The notes: generated from the sequence alone by a model not told the origin. Positions 37,188 to 47,857 are shown, counted from the stretch's first letter. The stretch: 64,000 nt of DNA from Gemmatimonadota bacterium (GCA_036679645.1 JAZDCY010000042.1:32001-96000), one strand, 5' to 3'. Made by a program: numbers and translations.

Positions 37188-38636
37188 CTATTCTCCGCTC
37201 CCGCGGTCGACCAGGCGCGTCAGCCGCTCGTACAGGCCGGCAGGCGAGGTCTCCCACGCTTTCCGGGCCACACGCCGCAACATCGACTGCTGGCCACGAG
37301 CCTTTTCGAGTCGTCGCGTGTGCGGATTGCGACTACCGACGGAGACGTGCTTTCCCTTTCCGTCTAGGATCGCCGCGCTGACTTCGTCGAAGACGTGCAG
37401 TGACTCATCGATATCGTCATCACAAATGTTGAGCGGCGGAAGAATGCGAAATATGGTACCTCCGTGGATCGACTTGAGGTGCACACCGCCTTCCCGACAC
37501 ATGTTCTCGAACTGGACCCCGACTTCTCCGCGCGAAAGACCCAGATCCGGGATCTCCTGGCTGTCAACGCCGATCATGAGTCCTCGCCCCCGCACGTTGC
37601 CGAGGACGCCGTACTTCGCGGAGAGGCCGCGCATGCCATCCATGAGTCGGTCGCCCGCACGCTTGGCGTGCGCAATCAGATCCTCTTTGCGGATGATGTC
37701 GATGACGGCAGACACGGCAACGGCCGCCACGGGATCCGACTGGTGGCTGCTGAAATTGCCAAATTCGCCCAGAATGTTGTCGGCGATCTCTTCCGTAACC
37801 GTAACGCCTGCCGCGGGGAAACCACCCCCTGCCCCCTTTGAGAAAACCAGAATGTCGGGGGTTACACCGTCCGCTTCCATCCCGAACCATGTTCCCGTGC
37901 GGGCCATCCCGGTCTGCGCCTCGTCGGCGATGATCAGGGCGCCGAGATGATCTGCCAACGCCCGTAGGTGTCTGAAGTATCCGGGTGGTGGGACAATCAT
38001 CCCGCCCGAGGAGAGAATGGGCTCGACTACGAAGGCCGCGACATCGTCACCGCAATGCGCTTCGATGAACTTGCCCGACACGGACAGACACGACACCTCG
38101 CACGCTGGGAACTCGGTCGTGAGCGGGCACTGCGCGCAATGCGGTGCGAGGATCTTGACCGCCCCTGGTACGGCGAAACTCGCGTCCCGACTGCTGCCCC
38201 CAACAGCGATCGTGGCGAGCGTGAGCCCCGCGTACCCGCGATCGAAACCGACGATGCCGCGCTTACCTGTGAATAGCTTCGCGATGCGAAACGCGCATTC
38301 GTTGGCCTCGGCACCCGTGGAAAGGAAGATGGTCTTCTTCAACCCTTCCGGCGTGACCTCCGCCATCTTGGCGGAAGCCTCGAGGACCGGCGTGCTGAGA
38401 AATCCCGTTCCGTGATGCAGAAGCTCTTCGGTCTGTGCGACGACCCGACGGATGAGCTCGGGGTGATTGTGCCCGAGTATCGAGCAGATCTGCCCCGCCT
38501 CCAGATCGATCAGCACGTTCCCATCGGCATCGATGATCCGCGAGCCGCGAGCCTTCACAAGCACACGATCCTGATACGCCGTCGCCATGAGGACGAACTG
38601 TCCGTACCGGTCCCAGAGTCGAAGGCTCTCATTCAT
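37188..38636 (-). CDS. Class III PLP-dependent aminotransferase, 2,2-dialkylglycine decarboxylase-like
   Basis: GQICSILGHNHP, STGAEANE, EPILSSGG, DEAQTG.ARTG and PDILVFSKG. Confidence 0.85.
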   Translation of the reverse strand: MNESLRLWDRYGQFVLMATAYQDRVLVKARGSRIIDADGNVLIDLEAGQICSILGHNHPELIRRVVAQTEELLHHGTGFLSTPVLEASAKMAEVTPEGLKKTIFLSTGAEANECAFRIAKLFTGKRGIVGFDRGYAGLTLATIAVGGSSRDASFAVPGAVKILAPHCAQCPLTTEFPACEVSCLSVSGKFIEAHCGDDVAAFVVEPILSSGGMIVPPPGYFRHLRALADHLGALIIADEAQTGMARTGTWFGMEADGVTPDILVFSKGAGGGFPAAGVTVTEEIADNILGEFGNFSSHQSDPVAAVAVSAVIDIIRKEDLIAHAKRAGDRLMDGMRGLSAKYGVLGNVRGRGLMIGVDSQEIPDLGLSRGEVGVQFENMCREGGVHLKSIHGGTIFRILPPLNICDDDIDESLHVFDEVSAAILDGKGKHVSVGSRNPHTRRLEKARGQQSMLRRVARKAWETSPAGLYERLTRLVDRGSGE

Positions 38637-39897
38637 GTCGGGCATGGACAAACTTTCTGCGCGACGCGCTGGCGACTCGCGCGAGCCGACCACCCATGCG
38701 CCGAAGGATCGCACGGGGAATCCCCCCAATTCGAGTCACCACGTAGGCAAGAAACGGGCGTGGGTCCCCGGGGTCAAACAGCGTGAACACCCTCGTACCA
38801 ACCACCGAACGGACGATCATGGCGATCGTACGCACGCGGGTCCGGTGCTCGGCACGTCGTTCTTCCCACAGGGCTTTCACGTTGTATTCGACGTCAACCC
38901 AACGGCGTCGGTTGACCTGGCGCGGCGGCTTCGAGTCCACAGCAATCCGGACGGTGTCGTAGTAGCCCAGTACGGGCAGGTCCACACCGTTCGCAATCGC
39001 GCAGGCGACGTTGTAGTCCGTCCGCCCGACCGTCATCTCGATCAGGTAGAACGCTCCGGTGGCGTCCCGCCTAAACTCCGTCGAGCCAAATCCGCGATAT
39101 TCTGACTGCTCCAAAATTCGCAGGCTCTCCTCCAGCACGAACTCTTCATTGCACCCCTCGGATTCCACGGCGATCCCGGTTCCGCGTGGGAACTGTCGCA
39201 GCTTCCGACCGACGAACACCCCACGCGGACGCCCATCGCGACCGATGTACGCGTAGCAAAAGTACACATCCCCGTCACGGCCTCCAATCCACTCCTGCAC
39301 GATGAAGTCACCCCCGTGCTGCGATGCACGCGAGTACAGCGCTGTCAGCTCATGGGGCGAACGCGCGATGGCCGCCTTGAATGCGTCGAGCCGCAGCGCC
39401 GGCTTGAGGATACATGGGTATCCCACCGTGTCACCAATGGCCGCCACCGCGTCCGCCCGATCTAGCTGGACCGTTCGTGGATGTCGCACGCCGATCGCCC
39501 GAAGGTGCTTCGCAAGCCGAGCCTTGTGCAGGAGCTGAGTGACAATCGTCTCCGTTGGGAGAACGAAGTCGTAGTATTCCCGCAGGGCCTCGCGGCGCGC
39601 CGACACGAGCGGCACCGTGCGGTCGCGCGTAAGGAACAGAGCGGCCCGTTTGCCTGCTCGCCGTCCACGATCTACCAGGAAATCGATGAGGCCTTCGTCC
39701 GCCAGACTCGGCACCCGGTGCAAACGCTGGCAGTAGCGGCTATGCCGGTGAGGGAACCCCGCATCCGTTTCCACCGCATCGACCGCGATACCGCGCCTCC
39801 CCAGTGAGCGCGCGATGGCGAGTCCGTGCACGCCGAGGCCGAGCAGCAGCGCGGCACGATCGCCCGCGGACCGGCCGGCACCCACGTCACGACCCAC
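38629..39897 (-). CDS. ATP-grasp carboxylate-amine ligase (D-aspartate ligase-like)
   Basis: LAIARSLGRRGI, GYPCILKP, IVQEWIGG, RKLRQFP and STEFRRD. Confidence 0.8.
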   Translation of the reverse strand: MGRDVGAGRSAGDRAALLLGLGVHGLAIARSLGRRGIAVDAVETDAGFPHRHSRYCQRLHRVPSLADEGLIDFLVDRGRRAGKRAALFLTRDRTVPLVSARREALREYYDFVLPTETIVTQLLHKARLAKHLRAIGVRHPRTVQLDRADAVAAIGDTVGYPCILKPALRLDAFKAAIARSPHELTALYSRASQHGGDFIVQEWIGGRDGDVYFCYAYIGRDGRPRGVFVGRKLRQFPRGTGIAVESEGCNEEFVLEESLRILEQSEYRGFGSTEFRRDATGAFYLIEMTVGRTDYNVACAIANGVDLPVLGYYDTVRIAVDSKPPRQVNRRRWVDVEYNVKALWEERRAEHRTRVRTIAMIVRSVVGTRVFTLFDPGDPRPFLAYVVTRIGGIPRAILRRMGGRLARVASASRRKFVHARHE

Positions 39898-41068
39898 GCG
39901 AGACTGCCTCGCGCCGTGTCGGTTCCCAGATGGGATTCAACTCGCCACGCATCGCCTTGATCCATGCGAAGATGCCGGCGGTAAGTCCCCACACGACATA
40001 GCTCGGGATCGCGAGCGCGCGCGGCATCGGCCTCGACTCTGGCCAGAACCACCCACCGATGGCGAGGAGCCAGATGAGCCCGACGGCCAGCGCGACCGGT
40101 GGAACCGCACCCATTCCCGCGGCGATCCACGTAGTCGCGGCAACCCCGATTGCCACCGCCCAGGGGCCGAGCCATCGCGCGAGTTTGTGGCTGATCAACT
40201 TCAAGGCGAATCCGCCGTATCGCCACGGATGCATCAGGGCCCGCTTGTACCATAGAGTCTCGAGGCCCCTAGTCATCGTCCGCACCTTCCGTCGGAACTC
40301 CCGTCGCAAGGAGCCCGCGCGCGGCACGTAGCAGATGGCATCGTTTACCGACACCGTGCGGAACCCGTGCTCGCGCGCGATCAGTGCCGCCGCGAAGTCC
40401 CTGCTCAAGGCCGAGGGGACGAGCTTCATGTGCAGTTCCCGCCGAATGGCGTAGAGACAACCGGACGCCCCGACGATGCCGCCAAGACGAGTCTCGAGAC
40501 CGCGCACCCACATCTCGTAGCCGACGTAATTCGACTCGCCGGCGGTCGCGTCCTCGCTGTGACTCGACACGCTCACATCGCGCGCCGACGCGACCCCAAC
40601 CTGCGGATCGCGAAACGCCGCGACGAGAGGTTTCAGCGCGGTAGGGGCGATGCGAACTGACGCGTCGGTGTTGACAATGATTTCCCCCTTCAGACGCTCG
40701 CGCGCCGCGTTCTCCGCGCCGGTCTTTCCGCTCCGCGTCGGCACGCGCAGCAGTTCTACACCGCGATCCGCGTACCCGCGAACGACCTCGTCGGTCCCAT
40801 CCGTAGAAGCATCCGACACGACCATGATCTGCCGGCGGTCGGCCGGGTAGTCCGCTTCCAGCAATCGGTCGAGGGTCTCCCCGATCGCGTGTTCCTCGTT
40901 GTACGCGGGAATCGTGATGCTGATGGTTGGCCACGCCGCAGCCGCAGGGCCGCCCGGTATTGGATCGGTGCGTCGCGTCGCCAGCACGCGGAGTATCAGC
41001 GGGTAGCCCACATATGGGTACAACGCGACCGCGACCGCGACCACCAGCACTACTGCGGCGAGGTTCAT
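39887..41068 (-). CDS. GT2 glycosyltransferase
   Basis: IPAYNEE, SDASTDGT, NTDA, GASGCLYAIRR and EFRRKVR. Confidence 0.92.
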   Translation of the reverse strand: MNLAAVVLVVAVAVALYPYVGYPLILRVLATRRTDPIPGGPAAAAWPTISITIPAYNEEHAIGETLDRLLEADYPADRRQIMVVSDASTDGTDEVVRGYADRGVELLRVPTRSGKTGAENAARERLKGEIIVNTDASVRIAPTALKPLVAAFRDPQVGVASARDVSVSSHSEDATAGESNYVGYEMWVRGLETRLGGIVGASGCLYAIRRELHMKLVPSALSRDFAAALIAREHGFRTVSVNDAICYVPRAGSLRREFRRKVRTMTRGLETLWYKRALMHPWRYGGFALKLISHKLARWLGPWAVAIGVAATTWIAAGMGAVPPVALAVGLIWLLAIGGWFWPESRPMPRALAIPSYVVWGLTAGIFAWIKAMRGELNPIWEPTRREAVSRGS

Positions 41069-42207
41069 TCGGTCGCCTGGCCCACGAGCCCCAAGTAGAC
41101 CTCGTCATAGCGGTCCAGCCAGGGCTCAACCGAGAACTCACGGTCGAGACGCTCGCGCGCGGCGTCCGCCCGCCGGCGCGCCCCCGCGAGATCGGTCAGC
41201 GCCTCTCCCATCCCCTCGGCAAGACGCGCCGCGTGAGGGGGAACCAGCACAGCCTCGGTCGCCGAAACGACATCCGGGACGCCCCCCACCTGCGTCGCGA
41301 CGATCGGCACTTCCGCCGCCATTGCTTCGAACAACACCATCGGTGTCCCTTCCGTCCGGGAACTCAGCACAAATAGATCGAAAGCCGACATCAACCGCCC
41401 TGCCGCGTCACGGGCCCCACACCACCTGATACGGTCCGACACACCGAGTTGGCTCGCCTGGGTCCTGAGCGCGTCCCCCTCGCGGCCCTCACCGACGATC
41501 ACCAAGGTCCCTTCCCGCCCCGGGAGCAGCGACAGCGCCTCCAGCAGGAGGTCGGGCCCCTTTTCGCGGCTGAGCCGGCCGACCCACCCGATGCATGTTC
41601 CGGTCCCATCTAGTCCCAGTTTGCGACGCGCATCCGCCCGGGGAACAGGGGGCGACCCACCATCCCACGCGTTGAGGATGACGTGGATACGCTCCCGTGA
41701 AACGCCCCGGTGCGCCAACACCTCGGCTATTGGATGTGACACCGCAACCGCCGCGCCGGCCCGAGCCGCCGCCCGGACCTGCAGCGTTTCATACAACCGG
41801 TTCTTCCAGTCACCGCCCGTGAAGCCATGGAGTGTCGTGACGGTGGCAAACCCGGCGCCGCGCGCCACACCAGCATCGAGCACGTCGGTGCGCGCGCCGT
41901 GCGTGTGCACGATGTCAGGACAGAACCCGGCGAGGAGCTTACGAGTCTCCGCGCGCTCCCGACAATAACTGCGCGCGCGAAGCGGTACGACATCCACACT
42001 TACGCCGCGCTCGGCGAACTCTTGCACCACAGGATTATCGGTCGTACCCTCATCGAGAAATACGAGGATTCGAACGTCGTGCCCACGCCGGTGTTGCCCT
42101 GCGCTCAACGATATCACCACCCGCTCGAGTCCACCGATTTCCGCTGGGGCTAGAAGATGCAGAACGCGCACAGCGCCAGGGTGCGTGGCGCGTGGTGTAT
42201 GTTGCAT
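41065..42207 (-). CDS. GT4 glycosyltransferase
   Basis: GGLERVV, HTHG, VGRLSREKG and SSRTEGTPMVLFEAMA. Confidence 0.92.
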   Translation of the reverse strand: MQHTPRATHPGAVRVLHLLAPAEIGGLERVVISLSAGQHRRGHDVRILVFLDEGTTDNPVVQEFAERGVSVDVVPLRARSYCRERAETRKLLAGFCPDIVHTHGARTDVLDAGVARGAGFATVTTLHGFTGGDWKNRLYETLQVRAAARAGAAVAVSHPIAEVLAHRGVSRERIHVILNAWDGGSPPVPRADARRKLGLDGTGTCIGWVGRLSREKGPDLLLEALSLLPGREGTLVIVGEGREGDALRTQASQLGVSDRIRWCGARDAAGRLMSAFDLFVLSSRTEGTPMVLFEAMAAEVPIVATQVGGVPDVVSATEAVLVPPHAARLAEGMGEALTDLAGARRRADAARERLDREFSVEPWLDRYDEVYLGLVGQATE

Positions 42208-42331
42208 TCGTGCAACAGGTCACCAATCCCCGGCAGTCTCGCTGCCGGCATAAGTGATTGTCCTACAGGCACATTGACCACCGACGTGGTCCAGACGATG
42301 CCAGCCTCACTCTTGCACCCTCCGGGCCGTC

Positions 42332-43882
42332 GTGCCTTCCCCATCAGCTCGCCGTGACACTCCGCGCACTGCATTGAACGTGGTCGCCAACTGGGCGACG
42401 TTTGGCTTCGGTGTGGCGATGAGCTTCTTTTTGTCGCCTTTCATTGTCCATTCGCTCGGCGATGCGAGCTATGGTGTCTGGACGATGCTGGCGTCCATGG
42501 TCGGCTACATGGGCCTTCTCGACTTGGGCGTCCGAAGCGCCGTAACGCGTTACGTTGCCCGACACCATGCGCTCGGGCAGGATCGGAAGGCCAGTCGTAC
42601 CGCGTCGACCGGACTCGCCATCTTCCTGGGCGTGGGCTTCCTCGCGGTCTTAGCCGCAATAATCCTCGCCCTGGCGGTTCCCCAGCGGTTCAACATCCCG
42701 CCGCATCTCCTTTCGAGCGCCCGACTCATAATCGTACTTGGCGGGCTCAGCGTTGCCGTAGCGCTCATCTCAGGAGTGTTCGGCGGCCTCATTGCCGCGA
42801 TGCAGCGATTCGACCGACTCGGCCTCCTAGAAGTATCGGTGGGAGTTTTCCGAGCAGCCCTGGTGGTGGTGACGTTGCGAGCCGGCGGGGGGCTGGTTGC
42901 GCTCGCGACCGTTCAGCTTGCAGCCTCTGCCCTCCGCGGGGCTCTCGAGTGGTACACTGCGCGACGCCTTTACCCGGAACTGGAGTTTGCTCTCCGGCAC
43001 GTTCGGTTGCACCATGTCAGGCGTATCCTGTCGTACAGCGGGTACGCAAGCGTTCTGCACATCACTGCTCAAGTCATGTATGCGGCGGATGCGCTAGTCA
43101 TCGGCGCCTTTCTGCCCGTCGCGCAGATCACTTTCTTCGCCATCGCGAGCGCCCTGACCGACTACGTGCGGAGCGTCGTCGGGGGCATTTCGCAAACCGT
43201 CCCGCCCCGTCTCAGCGCACTAGGTGCTGACACGAGTGCAGTGGCAGACGTGATCCTCCGCATGGGGCGGATCGCTACGCTCGTCACGCTCCCGATCGTG
43301 CTGACGTTCGTTCTCCGGGGCGGGACTTTCATTGGCCTCTGGATGGGACCGTCATACCGTGAGGTTGCGGGACGTCTCCTGTGGATTCTCGCGATAGCGA
43401 TCGGGCCGATGGCAGCTCGCCAAGTCGCCATGGGCGCGGCCTTCGGGGTCAGCCGGCATCGGATTTTCGTCCCGTTCCAGATTGTCGAAGCGGCACTCAA
43501 CCTGGCGCTCTCCATCTACTGGGTGCGGACACTCGGTCTGGTCGGGGTGGCCTTGGGTACCGTGGTGCCGAACCTTGTGACCTCCTTTCTCGTCTTGCCA
43601 TGGATCATGCGTCAGACCTTTGGAATCCGCGCCCGCCCTCTGATATGGGAATGGTGGGCCCGTCCAGCTATCTCCCTCGTTCCATTCGCGATTGCGACGT
43701 ACGTTATCGAGCACGCCTGGGCGGCTCCGAACCTGGTGGTGTACTTCGGTCAGGTCGCCCTTGCGCTCGCCATCGCGGCTCCCGGGATCTGGTTCGTTGG
43801 CCTATCGAGCGCCGAACGCGCGGTCAGCCGGCGCGTAATTCCCTTCCGGGCGTTGTCCGCGCCAGACAAGTCCGGACGATAG
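42332..43882 (+). CDS. Wzx-type oligosaccharide flippase
   Basis: Many predicted TMs; YGVW, LLDLGV..AVTRYVA and NLALSI....LGLVGVALGT. Confidence 0.88.
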   Translation: MPSPSARRDTPRTALNVVANWATFGFGVAMSFFLSPFIVHSLGDASYGVWTMLASMVGYMGLLDLGVRSAVTRYVARHHALGQDRKASRTASTGLAIFLGVGFLAVLAAIILALAVPQRFNIPPHLLSSARLIIVLGGLSVAVALISGVFGGLIAAMQRFDRLGLLEVSVGVFRAALVVVTLRAGGGLVALATVQLAASALRGALEWYTARRLYPELEFALRHVRLHHVRRILSYSGYASVLHITAQVMYAADALVIGAFLPVAQITFFAIASALTDYVRSVVGGISQTVPPRLSALGADTSAVADVILRMGRIATLVTLPIVLTFVLRGGTFIGLWMGPSYREVAGRLLWILAIAIGPMAARQVAMGAAFGVSRHRIFVPFQIVEAALNLALSIYWVRTLGLVGVALGTVVPNLVTSFLVLPWIMRQTFGIRARPLIWEWWARPAISLVPFAIATYVIEHAWAAPNLVVYFGQVALALAIAAPGIWFVGLSSAERAVSRRVIPFRALSAPDKSGR

Positions 43883-43987
43883 TCCGAAGCCTCCGTTGTG
43901 GCCCGCTGCGACAGATCCCAAACCGGTCCAAACGTGCGGTTTGTCACAAAGAGGAGGCCGGCCAGGGAGTCCCCGTTCGCCGGTGCT

Positions 43988-44003
43988 TGGCCTCACTTTT
44001 GCA
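43988..44003 (+). promoter_or_regulatory. sigma54 -24/-12 promoter candidate
   Basis: TGGCCTCACTTTTGCA, with TGT-N11-ACA at 43897-43913 upstream. Confidence 0.65.
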
Positions 44004-44140
44004 AATAAGGGACGTGCGGGCAAGCACAGGGCGTCGCCGACGCAGCTCTCCCACAATTTGGATTTCGTCGCCGTCGTTGCCGATCATGAGAAGAGAATAC
44101 GGACACCGTCTTGTGGGTGATCCGAGCGGGAGGATATAGG

Positions 44141-45130
44141 ATGAGCGCAGCGGTTCCCATCACCGTCGGACTCCCGGTCTACAATCGGGAGAAATACATT
44201 GAGACATCGCTCGACTCTCTGCTCGGTCAGACCTTCGGCGATTTCGAACTCGTGATCAGCGACAACGCCTCAACCGACCGGACCGACGAGATCTGTAAGG
44301 ACTACGCGGCGCGGGACCCCCGAATTCGATACTACCGAAACGCGGAAAACCAGGGTGCCAACCGCAACTTCAACCGCGTCTTCGAGCTTGCACGAGGGAA
44401 GTACCTGAAGTGGTGCACGTCGGACGACTACTGGGCACCGGACATGCTCGAGAAGACGTTGCCGATCATGGAAGAGCACCAGGACGTTGTTCTGTGCTAC
44501 CCCAAGACAACTGTATGCGACGCGGATGGCATGCCGCGGGAGCCGTACGAGGATAATCTCCACCTCATGCAGGACAATCCAGCGGACCGCTTCATCACAT
44601 TGTTGCACCGCATTGGCCTGTGTCATCAACATCTCGGGCTGATCCGCCGAGAGCAGCTCGCACGAACTGCGCTGCTCGGAGACCATACGGCGTGCGACCT
44701 CAACCTCCTGGCCGAGCTGACTCTGTACGGCAAGTTCTACGAGCATCCGGAGCGGCTCTTCTTCCGGCGCATGCATCCGGAGTCGTCGAGCTGGAGGAAG
44801 GGCCCGAGCAAGGAAGCGATCGAGCACCAGCTCAACTTCACAGACCCGCGGCGTACATTGGACATCAGACGTCATCTTTGGCGACGGTACCTGGTGTTCC
44901 TGTCGGCAGTCCGACGTGCCCCACTTGGAGCGCGTGATCGTTGGCGGCTGTACGCGTATCTCGTGCGGGGCATGATCTCGGAGCGCGACAAGCTGGCTTC
45001 CGAGCTTTGGACACGACGGAACCCGAGACCATCGCGTGTCCCGCGCAAGGAACCGCCAGCCGCGCGGGACTCCAGTTCGCGATCGGGGCGGGGGCTCCCG
45101 CCTCCACAAAATCCTGATGCGCTCGGCTAG
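44141..45130 (+). CDS. GT2 glycosyltransferase
   Basis: GLPVYNRE, SDNASTDRT, NFNRVF and TSDD; GGAGG RBS upstream. Confidence 0.92.
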   Translation: MSAAVPITVGLPVYNREKYIETSLDSLLGQTFGDFELVISDNASTDRTDEICKDYAARDPRIRYYRNAENQGANRNFNRVFELARGKYLKWCTSDDYWAPDMLEKTLPIMEEHQDVVLCYPKTTVCDADGMPREPYEDNLHLMQDNPADRFITLLHRIGLCHQHLGLIRREQLARTALLGDHTACDLNLLAELTLYGKFYEHPERLFFRRMHPESSSWRKGPSKEAIEHQLNFTDPRRTLDIRRHLWRRYLVFLSAVRRAPLGARDRWRLYAYLVRGMISERDKLASELWTRRNPRPSRVPRKEPPAARDSSSRSGRGLPPPQNPDALG

Positions 45131-45194
45131 GGGGGGGGGTGTGGCAACGACGGGGGTCTCAGCAAGGTCCGCCCGCTGTCCACGCCCTGATTGA

Positions 45195-45725
45195 GTGCAA
45201 TTCAGCCACTCGAGCATTGAGGGCGCGTGGACGATCGACCCTGAGCCCCACGTAGACGAGCGCGGTCGGTTCATGCGTGCTTGGTGTTCGCAGGAGTTTG
45301 CCGACCACGGCATACAGTTCCACCCTGTCCAGGCGAACATGGGTTTCAGCTTGAAGCGCGGAACTGTACGTGGGATGCATTACCAGGTGAGTCCCGCGGA
45401 GGAAGCCAAGCTCATCCGGTGTACGCGGGGCGCGATTTTCGATGCCTTGGTGGATCTGCGTCGATCCTCGCCCACGTTTGGCAAGTGGTTCGGCACCGAG
45501 CTGAGCGCCGACAACGGCCGAATGCTGTACGTTCCCGAGCATTGTGCGCACGGGTACCAGACGCTGGAGGATGCATCAGAAATGATCTACTTCACCTCGG
45601 CCCTCTATGTCGCCGACACAGCACGTGGAGTGCGCCACAACGACCCCGCGCTTGGCATCGAGTGGCCGCTGCCGGTAGCCGTCCTCTCGGAGCAAGACCG
45701 CAATTGGCCGCTCTTGGAGCGGTAA
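45195..45725 (+). CDS. rfbC: RmlC-like NDP-4-keto-sugar 3,5-epimerase
   Basis: DERGRF, GTVRGMHYQ, VDLRRSSPTF, AHGYQTL and DPALGIEWP. Confidence 0.9.
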   Translation: MQFSHSSIEGAWTIDPEPHVDERGRFMRAWCSQEFADHGIQFHPVQANMGFSLKRGTVRGMHYQVSPAEEAKLIRCTRGAIFDALVDLRRSSPTFGKWFGTELSADNGRMLYVPEHCAHGYQTLEDASEMIYFTSALYVADTARGVRHNDPALGIEWPLPVAVLSEQDRNWPLLER

Positions 45726-45740
45726 GGAGTCCCACGGCGT

Positions 45741-47075
45741 ATGCCTGTTGACAGTGCCCTCCGGAAGCGTGAGGAACAGCACCGCCCTGTCCGGGTCGGC
45801 ATGATTGGCGCTGGTGCCACCGGCCGCGCCATCGCACTACAGCTTGCAACGCCGGTGCCGGGCATCCGCCTTGTGGCGATCGCGAACCGCACGGCGGCAC
45901 ACGCCGAACGGGCGTTTCGGGAAGCCGGCATTACGCAGTGGGGCCCTGCGAGCGCACCGGCAGACATCGAGCGCCTGGTGCAACGAGGTGTCCCGGCGCT
46001 AACCGATGATCCGACACACATCACACGTTGTCCAGCAATTGATATCGTCATCGAGGTGACCGGGACGATCGATGTCGCCGCCGCTGTAGTACTCGACGCC
46101 ATCGACGCGGGCAAGCACACGGTGATCGTGAATGCCGAACTCGACTCGACACTCGGCCCCCTTCTCAAGGCAAAGGCCGACGTGGCCGGCGTCGTGTTGA
46201 CGAATACCGACGGAGACGAACCCGGCGTGGCCATGACGCTTCTACGATACCTGCGCACGCTCGGCCTCGAGCCCGTCGCGGCTGGCAATATCAAGGGCAT
46301 GGTCGATCACTACCGTACGCCCGACACGCAGCGAGAGTTCGCTGACGAGCACGATCAGGATGTTCGCAAGGTCACGTCGTTCGCGGACGCGACCAAACTA
46401 TCAATGGAAACGACGGTGCTCGCCAACGCGACCGGCTTTCACGTCGGACGCCGGGGAATGTACGGGCCGCGCTGCGAGCACGTCAGCGAGCTTGCCGATC
46501 TGCTCCCGGCGGACGACCTCCTGAGCGGCGGAATCGTCGACTATGCGTTGGGGGCCGCACCACATACCGGCGCCTTCGTTGTGATTCACGAGACCAACCC
46601 GCTCAAGCAAGCACAGCTAGGCTACTACAAGATGGGCGCCGGGCCGTTCTACGTTTTCCATACGCCGTTCCACCTGCCGCACTTGCAGATCGCCTCAACC
46701 ATTGGCCGCGCAGTCGAGCTGCGGGATCCCACTGTCGCGCCACGCGACGGGCCGCGCTGCGAGGTGGTTGCGGTGGCGAAACGCGACCTCCGAGCCGGCG
46801 AACAGCTCGATGGGATTGGCGGTTTCTGTTCCTACGGACTCATCGAGAACGGCGCGGCCGCGCGGGAGATCGATGCGCTGCCGATGGGCCTGTCGGAGGG
46901 GTGCACGTTGACACGGGACCTGGCAAAGGACTCCGTGATCTCATTCGCGGACGTCACCCGCCCCCCTGAACGGCTCAGCGACCGCTTGTGGCGGGAACAG
47001 AACCAACGGTGGCCGGCACCTGCATTGGGCGGCCAGGAGCCCACGCCTTCTGCGGCCCGGGGCGCCTCCGCGTGA
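45741..47075 (+). CDS. NAD(P)-dependent oxidoreductase with C-terminal SAF domain (homoserine dehydrogenase-like)
   Basis: GMIGAGATG, DGDEPG, SFADATKLSME, YKMGAGPFY and AKRDLRAGEQLDGIGG. Confidence 0.85.
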   Translation: MPVDSALRKREEQHRPVRVGMIGAGATGRAIALQLATPVPGIRLVAIANRTAAHAERAFREAGITQWGPASAPADIERLVQRGVPALTDDPTHITRCPAIDIVIEVTGTIDVAAAVVLDAIDAGKHTVIVNAELDSTLGPLLKAKADVAGVVLTNTDGDEPGVAMTLLRYLRTLGLEPVAAGNIKGMVDHYRTPDTQREFADEHDQDVRKVTSFADATKLSMETTVLANATGFHVGRRGMYGPRCEHVSELADLLPADDLLSGGIVDYALGAAPHTGAFVVIHETNPLKQAQLGYYKMGAGPFYVFHTPFHLPHLQIASTIGRAVELRDPTVAPRDGPRCEVVAVAKRDLRAGEQLDGIGGFCSYGLIENGAAAREIDALPMGLSEGCTLTRDLAKDSVISFADVTRPPERLSDRLWREQNQRWPAPALGGQEPTPSAARGASA

Positions 47076-47848
47076 AAGTCGTGCTCTTCTGCGGCGGCAT
47101 GGGGATGCGCCTCCGAGACTACGACGAGAATATCCCGAAGCCGATGGTGACCATAGGGTATCGGCCCATCATGTGGCACCTGATGCGCTACTACGCGCAT
47201 TATGGCCACAAGGATTTCATCCTTTGCCTCGGCCACAAAGCCGATGTCATCAAGCAGTACTTCTTGAACTACAACGAGGCGCTATCAAACGATTTCGTCC
47301 TCGCGGACGGGGGGCGAGACATCCGTCTCTTGAACAGTGATATCCACGACTGGAATATCACCTTCGCAGATACAGGCTTGACTTCGGCCATTGGTGAGCG
47401 GCTGCGCCAGGTCCGACCGTACGTGGCTGACGAAGAGATATTCATGGCCAACTACACGGACTGCGTTACCGATCTCGATCTGACCACATTCGTGGACTTC
47501 TTTCGGCAACACGATCGCGTTGCCGCATTCCTCACGGTCGCCCCGAACGCGAGCTTCCACTATGTCTCCGCCGATGATAGTGGCATAGTGAAGAGCCTGA
47601 CCGACGTACGCAGCACTCCCCTCCGTGTCAACGGGGGTTTCTTCCTGTTCCGCCAGGAGATCTTTGACTATCTGCGCCCCGGCGAGGAGCTGGTCGACGG
47701 CCCCTTTCACCGCCTCATCGAGGAGCAACAGCTCCTCGCATACCAGTACGACGGGTTCTGGAAAGCCATGGACACCTTCAAGGACAAACTGCAGCTCGAC
47801 GAGCTGGTCGCCCGCGGCGACCCACCGTGGGAAATCTGGCGGCGATAG
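47072..47848 (+). CDS. rfbF: Glucose-1-phosphate cytidylyltransferase
   Basis: VVLFCGGMGMRL, IPKPMV, NGGFF and GFWKAMDT. GTG start overlaps the upstream stop. Confidence 0.9.
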   Translation: MKVVLFCGGMGMRLRDYDENIPKPMVTIGYRPIMWHLMRYYAHYGHKDFILCLGHKADVIKQYFLNYNEALSNDFVLADGGRDIRLLNSDIHDWNITFADTGLTSAIGERLRQVRPYVADEEIFMANYTDCVTDLDLTTFVDFFRQHDRVAAFLTVAPNASFHYVSADDSGIVKSLTDVRSTPLRVNGGFFLFRQEIFDYLRPGEELVDGPFHRLIEEQQLLAYQYDGFWKAMDTFKDKLQLDELVARGDPPWEIWRR

Positions 47849-47857
47849 CCACCGGAA

